From: Candidatus Pacearchaeota archaeon
Lineage (GTDB): Archaea; Nanobdellota; Nanobdellia; Pacearchaeales; GW2011-AR1
DNA: 64,000 nt
Direction: 5' to 3'
Assembly: GCA_041651235.1 (NCBI GenBank)
Contig: JBAZJQ010000002.1
Coordinates: 71,615-135,614 of the forward strand
Positions within the stretch are counted from its first letter, which is position 1; each line of letters opens with the position of its first letter. Both the position numbers and the translations under genes were made by a program. Positions 36,557 through 46,656 of this stretch are shown piece after piece. The notes beneath the pieces are model-generated. The model saw only the letters and a list, made by a program, of their open reading frames with translations, was not told the DNA's origin and made no database searches.

Positions 36557-37056
36557 AAATAAAAAACAAGTCTGCACAAGCCTGGGGAATGGATTTAATG
36601 ATTGGAGTGATTATTTTTTCAATTGGAATAATTGTATTTTTTATTTATTCAATTAATGCACCTGGAGAGCAAAAAGAAAATTTTCAGGAGCTTTCTTATC
36701 AGGGAAATTTAATAGCTAAAACTATTTTATCAGAGGGATATCCTTTAGATTGGAATGACATTAATGCAGTTAAAATTGGAATTTTAAGTGGAGATAAAAT
36801 AAATCAAACTAAATTAGAAAGGTTTTATGATTTAAGCCAGTCAAATTATTATAAAACAAAAACTCTTTTTAATACAAAATATGATTATTATTTTTTCTTT
36901 GATAAAAATATGACAATTAATTCTGTTGAAGTTGATGGTATTGGAAAGCCAGGAATAACAAGAGATAATATTAATGCATCAAATTTAATTAAAATTACAA
37001 GAGTTGTTGTTTATGAAGATAAGCCAACAACTGCTTATTTGTATGTGTTTGAATAA
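36553..37056 (+). CDS. archaeal pilin-like protein (class III signal peptide)
   Basis: KNKSAQAWGMDLMIGVIIFSIGIIVFFIY. Confidence 0.6.
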   Translation: MKIKNKSAQAWGMDLMIGVIIFSIGIIVFFIYSINAPGEQKENFQELSYQGNLIAKTILSEGYPLDWNDINAVKIGILSGDKINQTKLERFYDLSQSNYYKTKTLFNTKYDYYFFFDKNMTINSVEVDGIGKPGITRDNINASNLIKITRVVVYEDKPTTAYLYVFE

Positions 37057-37161
37057 AACAAACTTTCTTTAAAAAGACAAGTTTGACAAAGCAATCTTTC
37101 TTTTTAGAGAAAAGACAAGATTGAACAAAGAAAAACTAAATATGATAAAAGTTAAATCAAA
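37057..37161 (+). repeat. intergenic hairpin repeat element (same family as 46431-46525 and 46562-46656)
   Basis: caaactttcttt-aaa-aagacaagtttg, then caatctttcttttt-aga-gaaaagacaagattg, then gaacaaagaa...atgataaaagttaaatcaaaat. These parallel the 46.4 kb copies. Confidence 0.6.
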
Positions 37162-39657
37162 ATGGCAATGAACAAAAAAGGGGTGTTTTTTAGTACAGAT
37201 GCATTGATAGCACTAATTATAATTTTAATGAGCATAGTTGTGGCATACCCAATAATAAAATATTCCACTTATGAAACTTCTATTCAAAGTGATGTTATGA
37301 ATGTTTTATCTGTTCTGAAAATAGGAGAGATAGATAATGTTTATGTTCAAGGTTTAATCAGCAATGGGAATATTAGCAATCTAAATAATACGGTTTTAGA
37401 ACAAATAGGAGAATTTTATGTTACAGATGAGGAGCAGGCTAAATTATTATGTGATTCAGTTTTATCTGAATTAGATATTAAAGAAAGTATTGGAATTTGG
37501 TATGGGGATAAACTAATTTGTTCTGTAAATTCAACTGCAATTGATAATCCAAAGAATATTGAAGTTGACAGGCAGATTATAAGTGGAATAAGAGAAGGAG
37601 AAAGTGTAACTGGATTTTCTGCAAGAGCTTATCTTTCAAGAGATATCCAAACTAAATATTTTTATTTTGGAGGCTATGTTGGAGATGGAAATATCAGCTT
37701 GAATATAGATTATAGTGGAATTATTAATTCTTCTGAAATTGAACTAACAATTAATAATGATTTTGAAATTTATGTTAATGGGGACAAACAAGGAGATTAT
37801 TCTAAATCTGCTTCGGAATTTATTCCGGTAAGATATTCTATTCCTGCTGTGGATTTTAATTCTGGAAATAATTTAATTGAAATTAGAGGCAAGAATTTAC
37901 ATATTGGAGGAGGATATATAAAGATAAATTACAAGCCAAATGTCCAATATACTCAAACAAAGAAATATTCTTTTCCTGGAATTGATGGGATTGTTAATTT
38001 ATATGATGGTTTTGATTTTCCAAGCCAGATAAACGAAATGAACTTATTCCTCCATATAGATAATAATAATACATTTTTTTTGATAATTGGGAATCAAACA
38101 GTTTATGATGGAGCTACATCTGGTGAAGAAGAAATCACAATTAATGATGCAAGTTTATCTTCTTTATTAGATTATGATTCTTTAGAAGGGAAAACAGTTC
38201 CAATAAGATTAGGATTAGAAAATGCTTCTTACACCTCACAATTAGGCGGAATTGGAGATGTTTATTCTGTTACTGATTTATCTGGGAGCATGGCTGATGG
38301 TTGTATTAATTATAATTGGTTTTGCTGTCTTCTTTCTGGTTCTTGTAATACTCAAACAAAATGTAATTCTTGTTCTGGTTATTGGCAGGAAAAAATAACA
38401 TTAGCTAAACAAGCAAATAAAGTTTTTATTGATTCTGTTTTAAATATATCTGGAAACAGAGTTGGACTGATTGGCTATGCAACATCAAGTATTTCTAGTT
38501 ATTCTCATGTTCTTTCAAATGATTCTGTTTCTTTAAAGGCAAAAGTAGACCAATGGGTTGCAAATGGAAATACTTGTGTTTGTTGTGGTATAAACAGTGC
38601 AGTTAGTGGTTTGCTTAATTACTCAACTTCAGATAAATTCCGTTCAATGGTTGTTATGAGTGATGGGGAAGCCAATGTCCAGTGTGCTCAACAAGGAACT
38701 GGAAATGCAAAACAAGATGCAATAAAAGCTGCATGTGATGCTTATAATAATTATGGCATAAGAGTTTATTCAGTTGGATTTGCTGATGCAGATGAAACAA
38801 CTTTGCAGGCAATAGCAACTTGCGGTAATGGAAGTTATTATTATAGTAGTATTTCAGAGATAGCTGAAATTTATCAGGAAATTGCAGAAGATATAATTGA
38901 AGCTTCTTATAATGAGCAGACAATAGAAATCTTAGGACAGTTATACAGCAAGCTATATCCTAATTCTTATATTGAAATTGATTATACAGAAGAGCAAATT
39001 CCTTATGGATTAATTATCTCGAGTGAAAAACAATTTGATAATGAGTATCAAGGAAGTTTTGATATACCTTTTAATTCAAGTGTATTAGATGTGAAGGTTG
39101 TTTCTTATTCTGGGCCTAGATGGACAAAAGAAGTTAATATAAATAATATTAATGTTTATGATTTAAGTTCTTATGGTTCTGATTATATTAAACTTGGAGA
39201 TCCTTATGTAATTAATATTCCAACCTATTTAATAAACACAACAAATAATATAGAAGTTACAACAGGACTTTCTCCATTGAATTCAAGTGCAGGTTCTGTT
39301 TATAATAAAATTATTTATAGTATTCTAAAAAATGTAACTGCTTATTCTCAGATTTCTGCTTCTGCAGAAGGATGCATCTGGAATCTTGAATTTGAAGATA
39401 ATTCAACATCTGCTGTAAGAATTCCTATTTCTTATGTTGGCTCAAATGAGTGTTACTATACTTCTTCAAATATAGCTTATAATGAAAATGATGCTATACA
39501 AAATGCAGTTTATAGTTTGCTGACTAAACTTGATTTTGATTCCAATGGAAAAATTGACAGCCAAATCTTTACACAAGATTTGAAAATAGAATCCAGTGAA
39601 ATCACAGGAATTCCATATACCTGGAGCACAGAAGTGCAGGTGAGAAGATGGGATTGA
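37162..39657 (+). CDS. large pilin-like surface protein with a vWA domain
   Basis: N-terminal KKGVFFSTDALIALIIILMSIVVAY (class III-like). MIDAS VTDLSGSM with VVMSDGEAN. Cys-rich CCLLSGSCNTQTKCNSCSG. Confidence 0.7.
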   Translation: MAMNKKGVFFSTDALIALIIILMSIVVAYPIIKYSTYETSIQSDVMNVLSVLKIGEIDNVYVQGLISNGNISNLNNTVLEQIGEFYVTDEEQAKLLCDSVLSELDIKESIGIWYGDKLICSVNSTAIDNPKNIEVDRQIISGIREGESVTGFSARAYLSRDIQTKYFYFGGYVGDGNISLNIDYSGIINSSEIELTINNDFEIYVNGDKQGDYSKSASEFIPVRYSIPAVDFNSGNNLIEIRGKNLHIGGGYIKINYKPNVQYTQTKKYSFPGIDGIVNLYDGFDFPSQINEMNLFLHIDNNNTFFLIIGNQTVYDGATSGEEEITINDASLSSLLDYDSLEGKTVPIRLGLENASYTSQLGGIGDVYSVTDLSGSMADGCINYNWFCCLLSGSCNTQTKCNSCSGYWQEKITLAKQANKVFIDSVLNISGNRVGLIGYATSSISSYSHVLSNDSVSLKAKVDQWVANGNTCVCCGINSAVSGLLNYSTSDKFRSMVVMSDGEANVQCAQQGTGNAKQDAIKAACDAYNNYGIRVYSVGFADADETTLQAIATCGNGSYYYSSISEIAEIYQEIAEDIIEASYNEQTIEILGQLYSKLYPNSYIEIDYTEEQIPYGLIISSEKQFDNEYQGSFDIPFNSSVLDVKVVSYSGPRWTKEVNINNINVYDLSSYGSDYIKLGDPYVINIPTYLINTTNNIEVTTGLSPLNSSAGSVYNKIIYSILKNVTAYSQISASAEGCIWNLEFEDNSTSAVRIPISYVGSNECYYTSSNIAYNENDAIQNAVYSLLTKLDFDSNGKIDSQIFTQDLKIESSEITGIPYTWSTEVQVRRWD

Positions 39658-39775
39658 AAATCAGAAAGGCATTAAAAAAAGGATTTTGCCATAGGCAAAA
39701 TTTGTATTGATAGTAGTGAATGTTTTAATTATATAGTGGCGTAAGATTTAAAAAGGGGAAGATAGTCTTCCAACT

Positions 39776-40105
39776 ATGCCAGATTATTATAATGCAAAAG
39801 AAGTCGTCCAGAGAGGAATAAATATAATCTCTGCTGGAAGGGGCAAAAAACCACCAGTAAAAGATAACGAAATCTTAGTAGGAATTATGAATAATGGAGT
39901 TGGAGTAGTTGCTCCAGATGTAACTTCTGATAGCAGATTTAAACATTTTTATGATGCATATTCTAGAGGAGATTGGCTCAAAATGGATGTTTATGCTTTG
40001 CCTAAAGATGAAGTTGAAAATTGCTCAGATCAAGGAATAGTTCCCATTAACGATTTAACAAAGATAGTTGAAGAAAACCCTCCAAAAATTGAGAGCAGAT
40101 TCTAA
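39776..40105 (+). CDS. hypothetical protein
   Basis: 109 aa ORF. Confidence 0.4.
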   Translation: MPDYYNAKEVVQRGINIISAGRGKKPPVKDNEILVGIMNNGVGVVAPDVTSDSRFKHFYDAYSRGDWLKMDVYALPKDEVENCSDQGIVPINDLTKIVEENPPKIESRF

Positions 40106-40257
40106 AAAATCTTTAGCAAAAATATTTCTTTTAACAATTTCATTTAACATAATTATATCATAACTTTATATCTTATTTGTTGTTAATTAGATAAAATTCT
40201 ATAAATAAAAAATATAAAAAGCCCATTAGATAGTATAATATAGATAAAAAGAGGAAA

Positions 40258-41163
40258 ATGAAACTAATGCAAGACAAAAAAGGAATGGTATTTACATTAA
40301 TAGTTTTAACTTTACTATCTTTATTTGTTTTAAGTTATAGTTTTTATTCAATTGTGAAAGACAGAGAGCCTATTAATAAAAGAGTTAATACAATGAATAA
40401 TTTTGTTTTTGCGGTTGAGCAAGATATTCCAAGACAGTTATATATTTCAGGTTTTAGAAGCATATTCCTATTTGAAAAACAAATCATTGAGACAGGGCAA
40501 TATATTACAAATGTAAATTATAGTTTTCATGAATGTTTTTTTAATGGAACAATAAATGGGATAGAAGAAAATTTAATGATTGGAGCAAGATTTAGTGATA
40601 TCCAAGATTCTTTAAATTTAAAAGCAAATAAAATAAATGCAGAAGTTAATTTATCTAATCCTAGTGTTCAAATAACCCAAGATGATCCCTGGAATGTTAA
40701 ATTTGTTTTAACAGCAGATTTATTGGTTAAAGACGATAGCAATTCTATAATGTGGAATAAAACATTTACAACTATTAGCTATGTTTCAATTGAAAACTTT
40801 GAAGATCCATTATATCTTGTTAATACAAATGGGTTAGTAAAAAATAATATAAACAAGACAATTTATAATAATTTTTCAGATGTAACAGATTTATTAGAGC
40901 ATGTTGAAAACTCTTATTATATTGCTCATTCAGATGCTCCAAGTTTCTTAGATAGATTACAAGGAATTAATCAGGCAAATGCAAATGGAATTGAATCTTT
41001 GGTTTATCTTCCAGGATTATCAAGCAAGGGAGTTAGTGTTAAAGATAAATCTTGTGTTGATTATATCTATTTTTCAAACAATAATCCAAGTGCTTCAACA
41101 GTTGTTGGTATGCCTTCTTGGTTTAAGTTAGATGATGGGCATGTAGGAATTTATACTAACTGA
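40258..41163 (+). CDS. pilin-like protein (class III signal-like N-terminus)
   Basis: QDKKGMVFTLIVLTLLSLFVLSYSF. Confidence 0.55.
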   Translation: MKLMQDKKGMVFTLIVLTLLSLFVLSYSFYSIVKDREPINKRVNTMNNFVFAVEQDIPRQLYISGFRSIFLFEKQIIETGQYITNVNYSFHECFFNGTINGIEENLMIGARFSDIQDSLNLKANKINAEVNLSNPSVQITQDDPWNVKFVLTADLLVKDDSNSIMWNKTFTTISYVSIENFEDPLYLVNTNGLVKNNINKTIYNNFSDVTDLLEHVENSYYIAHSDAPSFLDRLQGINQANANGIESLVYLPGLSSKGVSVKDKSCVDYIYFSNNNPSASTVVGMPSWFKLDDGHVGIYTN

Positions 41164-41362
41164 GTATTCTTATAAATTATTAAGACATAAGCTTTGCAGA
41201 GGATTAAGATTAAGCTCAATCTCAGATGTTTTGTTATTTATTTCTAGAGATTATTAATAATTTAAAAACAATTTATAAAAATATCGTCGATATTTTTTTA
41301 GATATAAAAAGGTTTAAAAACATAATTTTATTTTAAAAAGAATAAAATTTAATTTATATAAA

Positions 41363-41905
41363 GTGGTACCTACAAAATTATTTTTTACAAAGGGTGTTGG
41401 GGTTCATAAAGATAGACTTGCTTCTTTTGAATTAGCATTAAGAGATGCAGGAATAGAAAAATGTAATTTAGTTTATGTTTCTAGTATTTGTCCTCCTAAT
41501 TGCAAAATTCTGTCTAAAGAAGAAGGATTAAAACAATTAAAACCTGGACAAATAACTTTTGTTGTTATGGCTAGAATAGAATCAAATGAACCAAACAGAT
41601 TATTATCTTCTGCTATTGGTGTTGCTCTTCCAAGAGATAATAATAATTATGGATATTTATCAGAGCATCATGGATATGGAGAAACCGGAAAAAAAGCAGG
41701 AGAATATGCAGAAGATTTAGCAGCAACAATGCTTGCAACAACTCTGGGAATAGAGTTTAATCCTGATACTGCCTGGGAAGAAAGAGAACAGGTTTACAAA
41801 GCTTCAGGACAAATTTTCAAAACAATGAATATCTGCCAGTCAGCAGAATGCAACAAAGATGGATTATGGACAACTGTTATTGCTGCAGCTGTTTTGTTGG
41901 AATAA
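41363..41905 (+). CDS. pdaD: pyruvoyl-dependent arginine decarboxylase
   Basis: [41 protein letters not shown] matches the PdaD family pattern. GTG start. Confidence 0.8.
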   Translation: MVPTKLFFTKGVGVHKDRLASFELALRDAGIEKCNLVYVSSICPPNCKILSKEEGLKQLKPGQITFVVMARIESNEPNRLLSSAIGVALPRDNNNYGYLSEHHGYGETGKKAGEYAEDLAATMLATTLGIEFNPDTAWEEREQVYKASGQIFKTMNICQSAECNKDGLWTTVIAAAVLLE

Positions 41906-41944
41906 AACAATAATTCTTTTAAAGTAACTATTTCTCAGAAAAGA

Positions 41945-42574
41945 ATGAGTGAAAATTGCTGTGTGTTAGGTAAAGCAATAAAACAAAACAGATTACTTGC
42001 TCAGACAGATAATTTCTTTGTAATACCTACTAAGGGTTCAATGGGAATTCCAGGTTATTTGTTAATTGTAACTAAAGAACATTATTTGGGTTTTGGAGAA
42101 GTTCCAACAAATCAATATTCAGAATTACTGGGTTTAATTGATAGTGTCAAAGGGATAATAAAATCTGAATATAAATTAAACTGCTTGGTTTTTGAGCATG
42201 GTCCAAGATTAAATGAGCAATCAGGACAATCAATAGATCATGCTCATCTTCATGTTGTACCTGGAGTGGATATAACAAAAGAGTGGGCTGTTGATATGAT
42301 GCAGAGATTAGATCATCAGGGAATATTTTACAGAGTTGAAAGAGTTGAAGGTTTTGAAAGAGCCAAACAAATAATGGGTTCAAAAAAATCTTATCTTTAT
42401 GTTGAAAGTCCTTCTGGAGTTCAATTATTATCTGAACAAAATTTTTTCAGACCTTCTCAATATTTTAGAAAAATGGTTGCTCATCAATCCGGTTCTAAGG
42501 ATTGGAACTGGAGAAAACATCCAGATTATTTAACATTAGAAAAAACTGTTGAAAAGCTAAGTGGAAAGTTTTAG
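41945..42574 (+). CDS. HIT-family (histidine triad) protein
   Basis: Histidine triad IDHAHLHVVPG. Confidence 0.7.
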   Translation: MSENCCVLGKAIKQNRLLAQTDNFFVIPTKGSMGIPGYLLIVTKEHYLGFGEVPTNQYSELLGLIDSVKGIIKSEYKLNCLVFEHGPRLNEQSGQSIDHAHLHVVPGVDITKEWAVDMMQRLDHQGIFYRVERVEGFERAKQIMGSKKSYLYVESPSGVQLLSEQNFFRPSQYFRKMVAHQSGSKDWNWRKHPDYLTLEKTVEKLSGKF

Positions 42575-42608
42575 TTATCTTTATTAATGCATATTTTTTA
42601 TTCTTATT

Positions 42609-43316
42609 ATGTTATACTTAATAGGATTAGGATTAAATGAACGGGGAATTTCAAAAGAAGGGCTTTTGGCTTTGAGAAAATGTTCAAAGGTTTACCTAGA
42701 GAAATATACTGTTGATTTTCCATATGAATTATCTGAATTGCATTTAGAAGAAAAAATTATCCCATTGAAAAGAGAAGATGTTGAATCTAATAAATTAATT
42801 AAAGAAGCAAAAAGCAAAGCAATTGCCTTATTAATTTATGGATGTCCATTATTTGCAACAACCCATTTATCTCTGCTTTTAGATGCAGAAAAACAAAAAG
42901 TAAGAACAAAGGTGATTTATTCTGCTTCTATATTTGATGCTGTTGCAGAAACTGGATTGCAGTTGTATAAATTTGGAAAAATTGCAAGTATGCCTGCATG
43001 GAAAAATAATTTTGAACCTACAAGTTTTTTGGATATTGTTGAAGAAAATCAATCAATTAAAGCTCACTCTCTAATTTTAGTTGATATTGGATTACATTTC
43101 AAAAAAGCATTACTTCAGTTAGAAATGGCTATGCATAAGAAAAATATGAAAATTAATAAAATAATTGTCTGCAGTAAAATGGGAACAGAAGATGAAAAAA
43201 TAAAATATTCTACAATTGAACATTTAAGAGAGGGAAATTTTTCTATGCCATTTTGTATTATTATTCCAAGTGAATTACATTTTATGGAAGAAGAAGCTTT
43301 GGAGAGATTTGGGTAA
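42609..43316 (+). CDS. dphB: diphthine synthase
   Basis: MLYLIGLGLNERGISKEGLLALRKCSKVYLEKYT and a tetrapyrrole-methylase-like fold pattern, typical of archaeal and eukaryotic diphthine synthase. Confidence 0.8.
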   Translation: MLYLIGLGLNERGISKEGLLALRKCSKVYLEKYTVDFPYELSELHLEEKIIPLKREDVESNKLIKEAKSKAIALLIYGCPLFATTHLSLLLDAEKQKVRTKVIYSASIFDAVAETGLQLYKFGKIASMPAWKNNFEPTSFLDIVEENQSIKAHSLILVDIGLHFKKALLQLEMAMHKKNMKINKIIVCSKMGTEDEKIKYSTIEHLREGNFSMPFCIIIPSELHFMEEEALERFG

Positions 43317-43347
43317 AATTTATAAATAAGCGATAATTATCGTTTAT

Positions 43348-44037
43348 ATGTGGTTTACAAAATTTAAGGTTTTTGATGAAAAGAACAGCTTAAGTATTAT
43401 TGTAAGGAAAAATAAGGTCCAAATTTATTATTATCCTGTTAATCATTATATAAAGAATAAGAGGATACATTTTATAACCGTCTGCTTAATAAAAGGCAAG
43501 GAAGAAAACAAGATTAATTATTTTAAAGATTTAAAAAAATTGAAAAAAGCTAGGCAAGGAAGGAAACTTGATTTTTTAGAAAAACAAGAGGATTTTTTTA
43601 TTATGGTTACATCTCTTTCAATAAACCAAGAACTGAGATTATTTGTTGATGTTGCTTATAACCCTGCCCTGATTCATCTTAAACCTGTAATATGGAATGA
43701 AGATGGCTGGGAAGAATTTGAAGTTGCAAGTATTGAACGGGAGAATCTAAAGAAGCTCATAGATGCAGGAGAAAGCAAATATAAATTAAAACTTTTAGAA
43801 TTCAAAGATAAAAAAATAAAGAATTTTGGATTTCTGACAATGTTTCCAGAATTAACTGACAAACAACAAAATGCTTTAGAATTTTCCTTGAAAAATGGAT
43901 ATTATGAATATCCAAGAAAAACAAGTTTAGAAAAACTTGCAAAATCTAATAGGCTTGCTTTTTCAACATTTCAAGCTCATGTAAGAAAAGCAGAAAATAA
44001 AATCCTAAGGTTTTCTATTGAAGCTATTAAGAAATAA
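43348..44037 (+). CDS. HTH_10 (bacterio-opsin activator-type) DNA-binding protein
   Basis: C-terminal LTDKQQNALEFSLKNGYYEYPRKTSLEKLAKSNRLAFSTFQAHVRKAENKIL. Confidence 0.7.
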   Translation: MWFTKFKVFDEKNSLSIIVRKNKVQIYYYPVNHYIKNKRIHFITVCLIKGKEENKINYFKDLKKLKKARQGRKLDFLEKQEDFFIMVTSLSINQELRLFVDVAYNPALIHLKPVIWNEDGWEEFEVASIERENLKKLIDAGESKYKLKLLEFKDKKIKNFGFLTMFPELTDKQQNALEFSLKNGYYEYPRKTSLEKLAKSNRLAFSTFQAHVRKAENKILRFSIEAIKK

Positions 44038-44127
44038 GTGATTAAGATTAACAAAAATTAGTAAAAATAGCTAAAATACCTAAAAAGCGATATATATCGC
44101 TATAAAATATATGAATATGCTTATTAT

Positions 44128-44523
44128 TTGTTTATTATGGCAACAAAAAACATTAAGCAGGAACTTGAAGGGTTAGTTGAATCCCATAAGACAGAGATTA
44201 TTAGCATGAATCAATCTCTTATACTGGAGACTTATAAAGATATTTTGGATAAAACTAGAAAGAACGCTAACAAAGGATTGAGGAATTTATTTTATAGTTT
44301 AATGAATCCAAACCCGCTATCTTTGGCGAATCCTAGCAGTTTCATTCCTTTAAAAAATCCTAATGAATATTCTGAAAAGATGTTAGTTGATGCATTTGGA
44401 GAAGAATTATGTAGGATGTTAAATGAAAAAGGATTAAATGCCAAGTATGAATATAAGCCTAGATATATTAATGGAGAGCGAATTTGGGATGAGGATTCTG
44501 CCAATATGGAGGTTGTATGGTAA
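44128..44523 (+). CDS. hypothetical protein (paralog of the next ORF)
   Basis: 131 aa. Shares LCRMLNEKGLNAKYEYKPRY with LCRRLRDSGLHARCEPRTY in 44517-44867. Confidence 0.45.
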   Translation: MFIMATKNIKQELEGLVESHKTEIISMNQSLILETYKDILDKTRKNANKGLRNLFYSLMNPNPLSLANPSSFIPLKNPNEYSEKMLVDAFGEELCRMLNEKGLNAKYEYKPRYINGERIWDEDSANMEVVW

Positions 44524-44867
44524 ATGAAAATTTAAAACAAAAACGTAAGGATATAACTACTCTAGCGAGAGATGAAATTCTAAAAGAAAATGAAGGTTTA
44601 ATGAAAGTTAGACTTAAAAAGATTCTAGAAGAAACAACAATTTGTGAAAGTGCAGGTTGGCATAGGATAGAGTATGTTATCGGAGAAAATGAGTTAAATC
44701 CATCTAACCAATATAGTAAAGAACAAATGGTTACTCATTTTGCGAGAGGATTATGTAGGAGATTAAGGGATTCTGGATTGCATGCTCGATGTGAACCTAG
44801 GACTTATAGCAAAGATACTTCCTACCCTAATAGTTATAGTGATGCAGTCATAAGTATTAGATTGTAA
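44517..44867 (+). CDS. hypothetical protein (paralog of the previous ORF)
   Basis: 116 aa. Overlaps the previous ORF by 7 nt. Confidence 0.45.
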   Translation: MVNENLKQKRKDITTLARDEILKENEGLMKVRLKKILEETTICESAGWHRIEYVIGENELNPSNQYSKEQMVTHFARGLCRRLRDSGLHARCEPRTYSKDTSYPNSYSDAVISIRL

Positions 44868-44935
44868 ATCTTATCAAGATTTTGTATAAACAACCAAAAG
44901 CTAAAAATTAAAAACTCTTTTTTTCTATTAATAAT

Positions 44936-45574
44936 ATGTTTGATTTAACAAAAAAAGAGGAAGAAATATTTAGAAAATTAGATAGTCCTGAAAAGATCCA
45001 GGATTTTATTAATAAAATTCCAATGAATTTTGATTATCAGAGAGATACCTGTTGCTCTCCAAGAAGAGTTCTAGAAAAAAATAAATGTCATTGCATTGAG
45101 GGAGCTATTTTTGCTGCTTTAGCATTAAGAATTCATGGACATACACCTTTAATTGTTTTAATGAAAGCAGATAAAGATGATTTTGATCATGTTATTGCTG
45201 TTTTTAAGAAAAATGGTTTTTGGGGGGCTATTTCAAAAACAAATCATGGAGTTTTAAGATACAGAGATCCTATTTATAAAAATATAAGAGAGTTGGTTAT
45301 GAGTTATTTTAATGAATATACAGATAAAAAAGGAAGAAAAACACTAAGAAGTTATTCTGTTCCTGTTAATTTAAGTATTTTTGATAATAAAAATTGGGCA
45401 ACTGATGAAAAAGATTTATGGTATATTGATAGTTATTTAGATAAAGTAAAACATTATAAAGTTTTAAATAAAAAACAAATAAAAGAATTAAGAAAAGCAG
45501 ATAAAATAGAAATTGATATAGGCAAAGTTACTGAATATAAATATAGAGACAAAAAAATTAAAATGCTGAATTGA
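44936..45574 (+). CDS. transglutaminase-like / papain-fold protein (tentative)
   Basis: CHCIEGAIFAALALRIHG followed by DHVIAVF suggests a Cys-His-Asp arrangement. Recognised by eye only. Confidence 0.45.
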   Translation: MFDLTKKEEEIFRKLDSPEKIQDFINKIPMNFDYQRDTCCSPRRVLEKNKCHCIEGAIFAALALRIHGHTPLIVLMKADKDDFDHVIAVFKKNGFWGAISKTNHGVLRYRDPIYKNIRELVMSYFNEYTDKKGRKTLRSYSVPVNLSIFDNKNWATDEKDLWYIDSYLDKVKHYKVLNKKQIKELRKADKIEIDIGKVTEYKYRDKKIKMLN

Positions 45575-45758
45575 TGATATAAATTATATATTGATAATAT
45601 TAATTCTTATATGATATGCAGATGAGATGATTAAGATGTTTATAATAAACTAAAGAGAACTGATTTTTGTTATTTATTTAATTAAGATATAGACAATTAG
45701 AAATGCTTATAATAAACCAAAAGTTATTTATATTATAAATAATTTGTAAACATATAAA

Positions 45759-46034
45759 ATGGAAAAAGATATTGGAAAAATAAAGAAAAATGAAACAACA
45801 GAGATTGTTGTAAGAATTGATGATTTTGGCGGGAAAACAGGAGTAACCATAAGAGAGCATGTTACAAGTGAGAAATATACGGGGTTTACAAAATCTGGAA
45901 CAAGAATTCCTGCAGAGGATTTTTTGAAATTCAGAGATTTGATTAATTCAATTGATTTAAAGGAGTTAAATCCTAAACCTGTTTCTAAAGAAGAACTAGA
46001 AGAAGTTGAAAAAGAAATTGAAGAAGAGGATTAA
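45759..46034 (+). CDS. PC4-like ssDNA-binding protein (tentative)
   Basis: IVVRIDDFGGKTGVTIREHVTSEKYTGFTKSGTRIPAEDFLKFRDLINSID parallels the PC4/p15 core pattern. Acidic tail. Confidence 0.5.
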   Translation: MEKDIGKIKKNETTEIVVRIDDFGGKTGVTIREHVTSEKYTGFTKSGTRIPAEDFLKFRDLINSIDLKELNPKPVSKEELEEVEKEIEEED

Positions 46035-46064
46035 GTTTTTAAGCGTATTCTGAATAGTAATGAT

Positions 46065-46364
46065 ATGAAGAGAGATATTATTCCAGAATCCTTTTATAGA
46101 GAATCTGAATTTGTAGGGTTCAGAGAAAATGGAAGACATTATACTCCTTCAAAGATGTCAGAAATATTCAATAGATATGAACGATTACTAAGACTAAAAA
46201 ATTTTGAAGCTGTTAAAAAAGAAGAATCAGCTAATAATTACCCTCAAAGCTGGTTGAATTCAATAATTTTTAACTTAATTAAAGAAAAGGGGAAGGGATT
46301 AGCTAAAAGATTAATTAGTTCTTTTGAAGATAGGGGATTTGATAAGACATTCCTATCTAAATAA
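46065..46364 (+). CDS. hypothetical protein
   Basis: 99 aa ORF. Confidence 0.4.
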   Translation: MKRDIIPESFYRESEFVGFRENGRHYTPSKMSEIFNRYERLLRLKNFEAVKKEESANNYPQSWLNSIIFNLIKEKGKGLAKRLISSFEDRGFDKTFLSK

Positions 46365-46394
46365 CTTTAAATATAAAGAAAAATAAGTAGATAT

Positions 46395-46656
46395 ATGGCA
46401 TATAATTTTAAACAAATAGAAGAAAATGCAAACAAACTTTCTTTGCGAAAGACAAGTTTGAACAAAGAATACCTTTTTATGAAAAAAGGTAAACCAAAAT
46501 CAATTGCATTTTCTTAAAATATAAAATGGGATACAACTTTAAACAAATAGAAGAAAATGCAAACAAACTTTCTTTGCGAAAGACAAGTTTGAACAAAGAA
46601 TACCTTTTTATGAAAAAAGGTAAACCAAAATCAATTGTATTTTCTTAAAATATAAA
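46395..46656 (+). repeat. two tandem 131-bp units, each made of the first 36 nt of ileS plus a 95-nt hairpin element
   Basis: Unit starts at 46395 and 46526, and the real ileS ATG at 46657, all spaced 131 nt. Each unit opens a 40-codon ORF M(A/G)YNFKQIEENA-NKLSLRKTSLNKEYLFMKKGKPKSIAFS. Confidence 0.8.
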
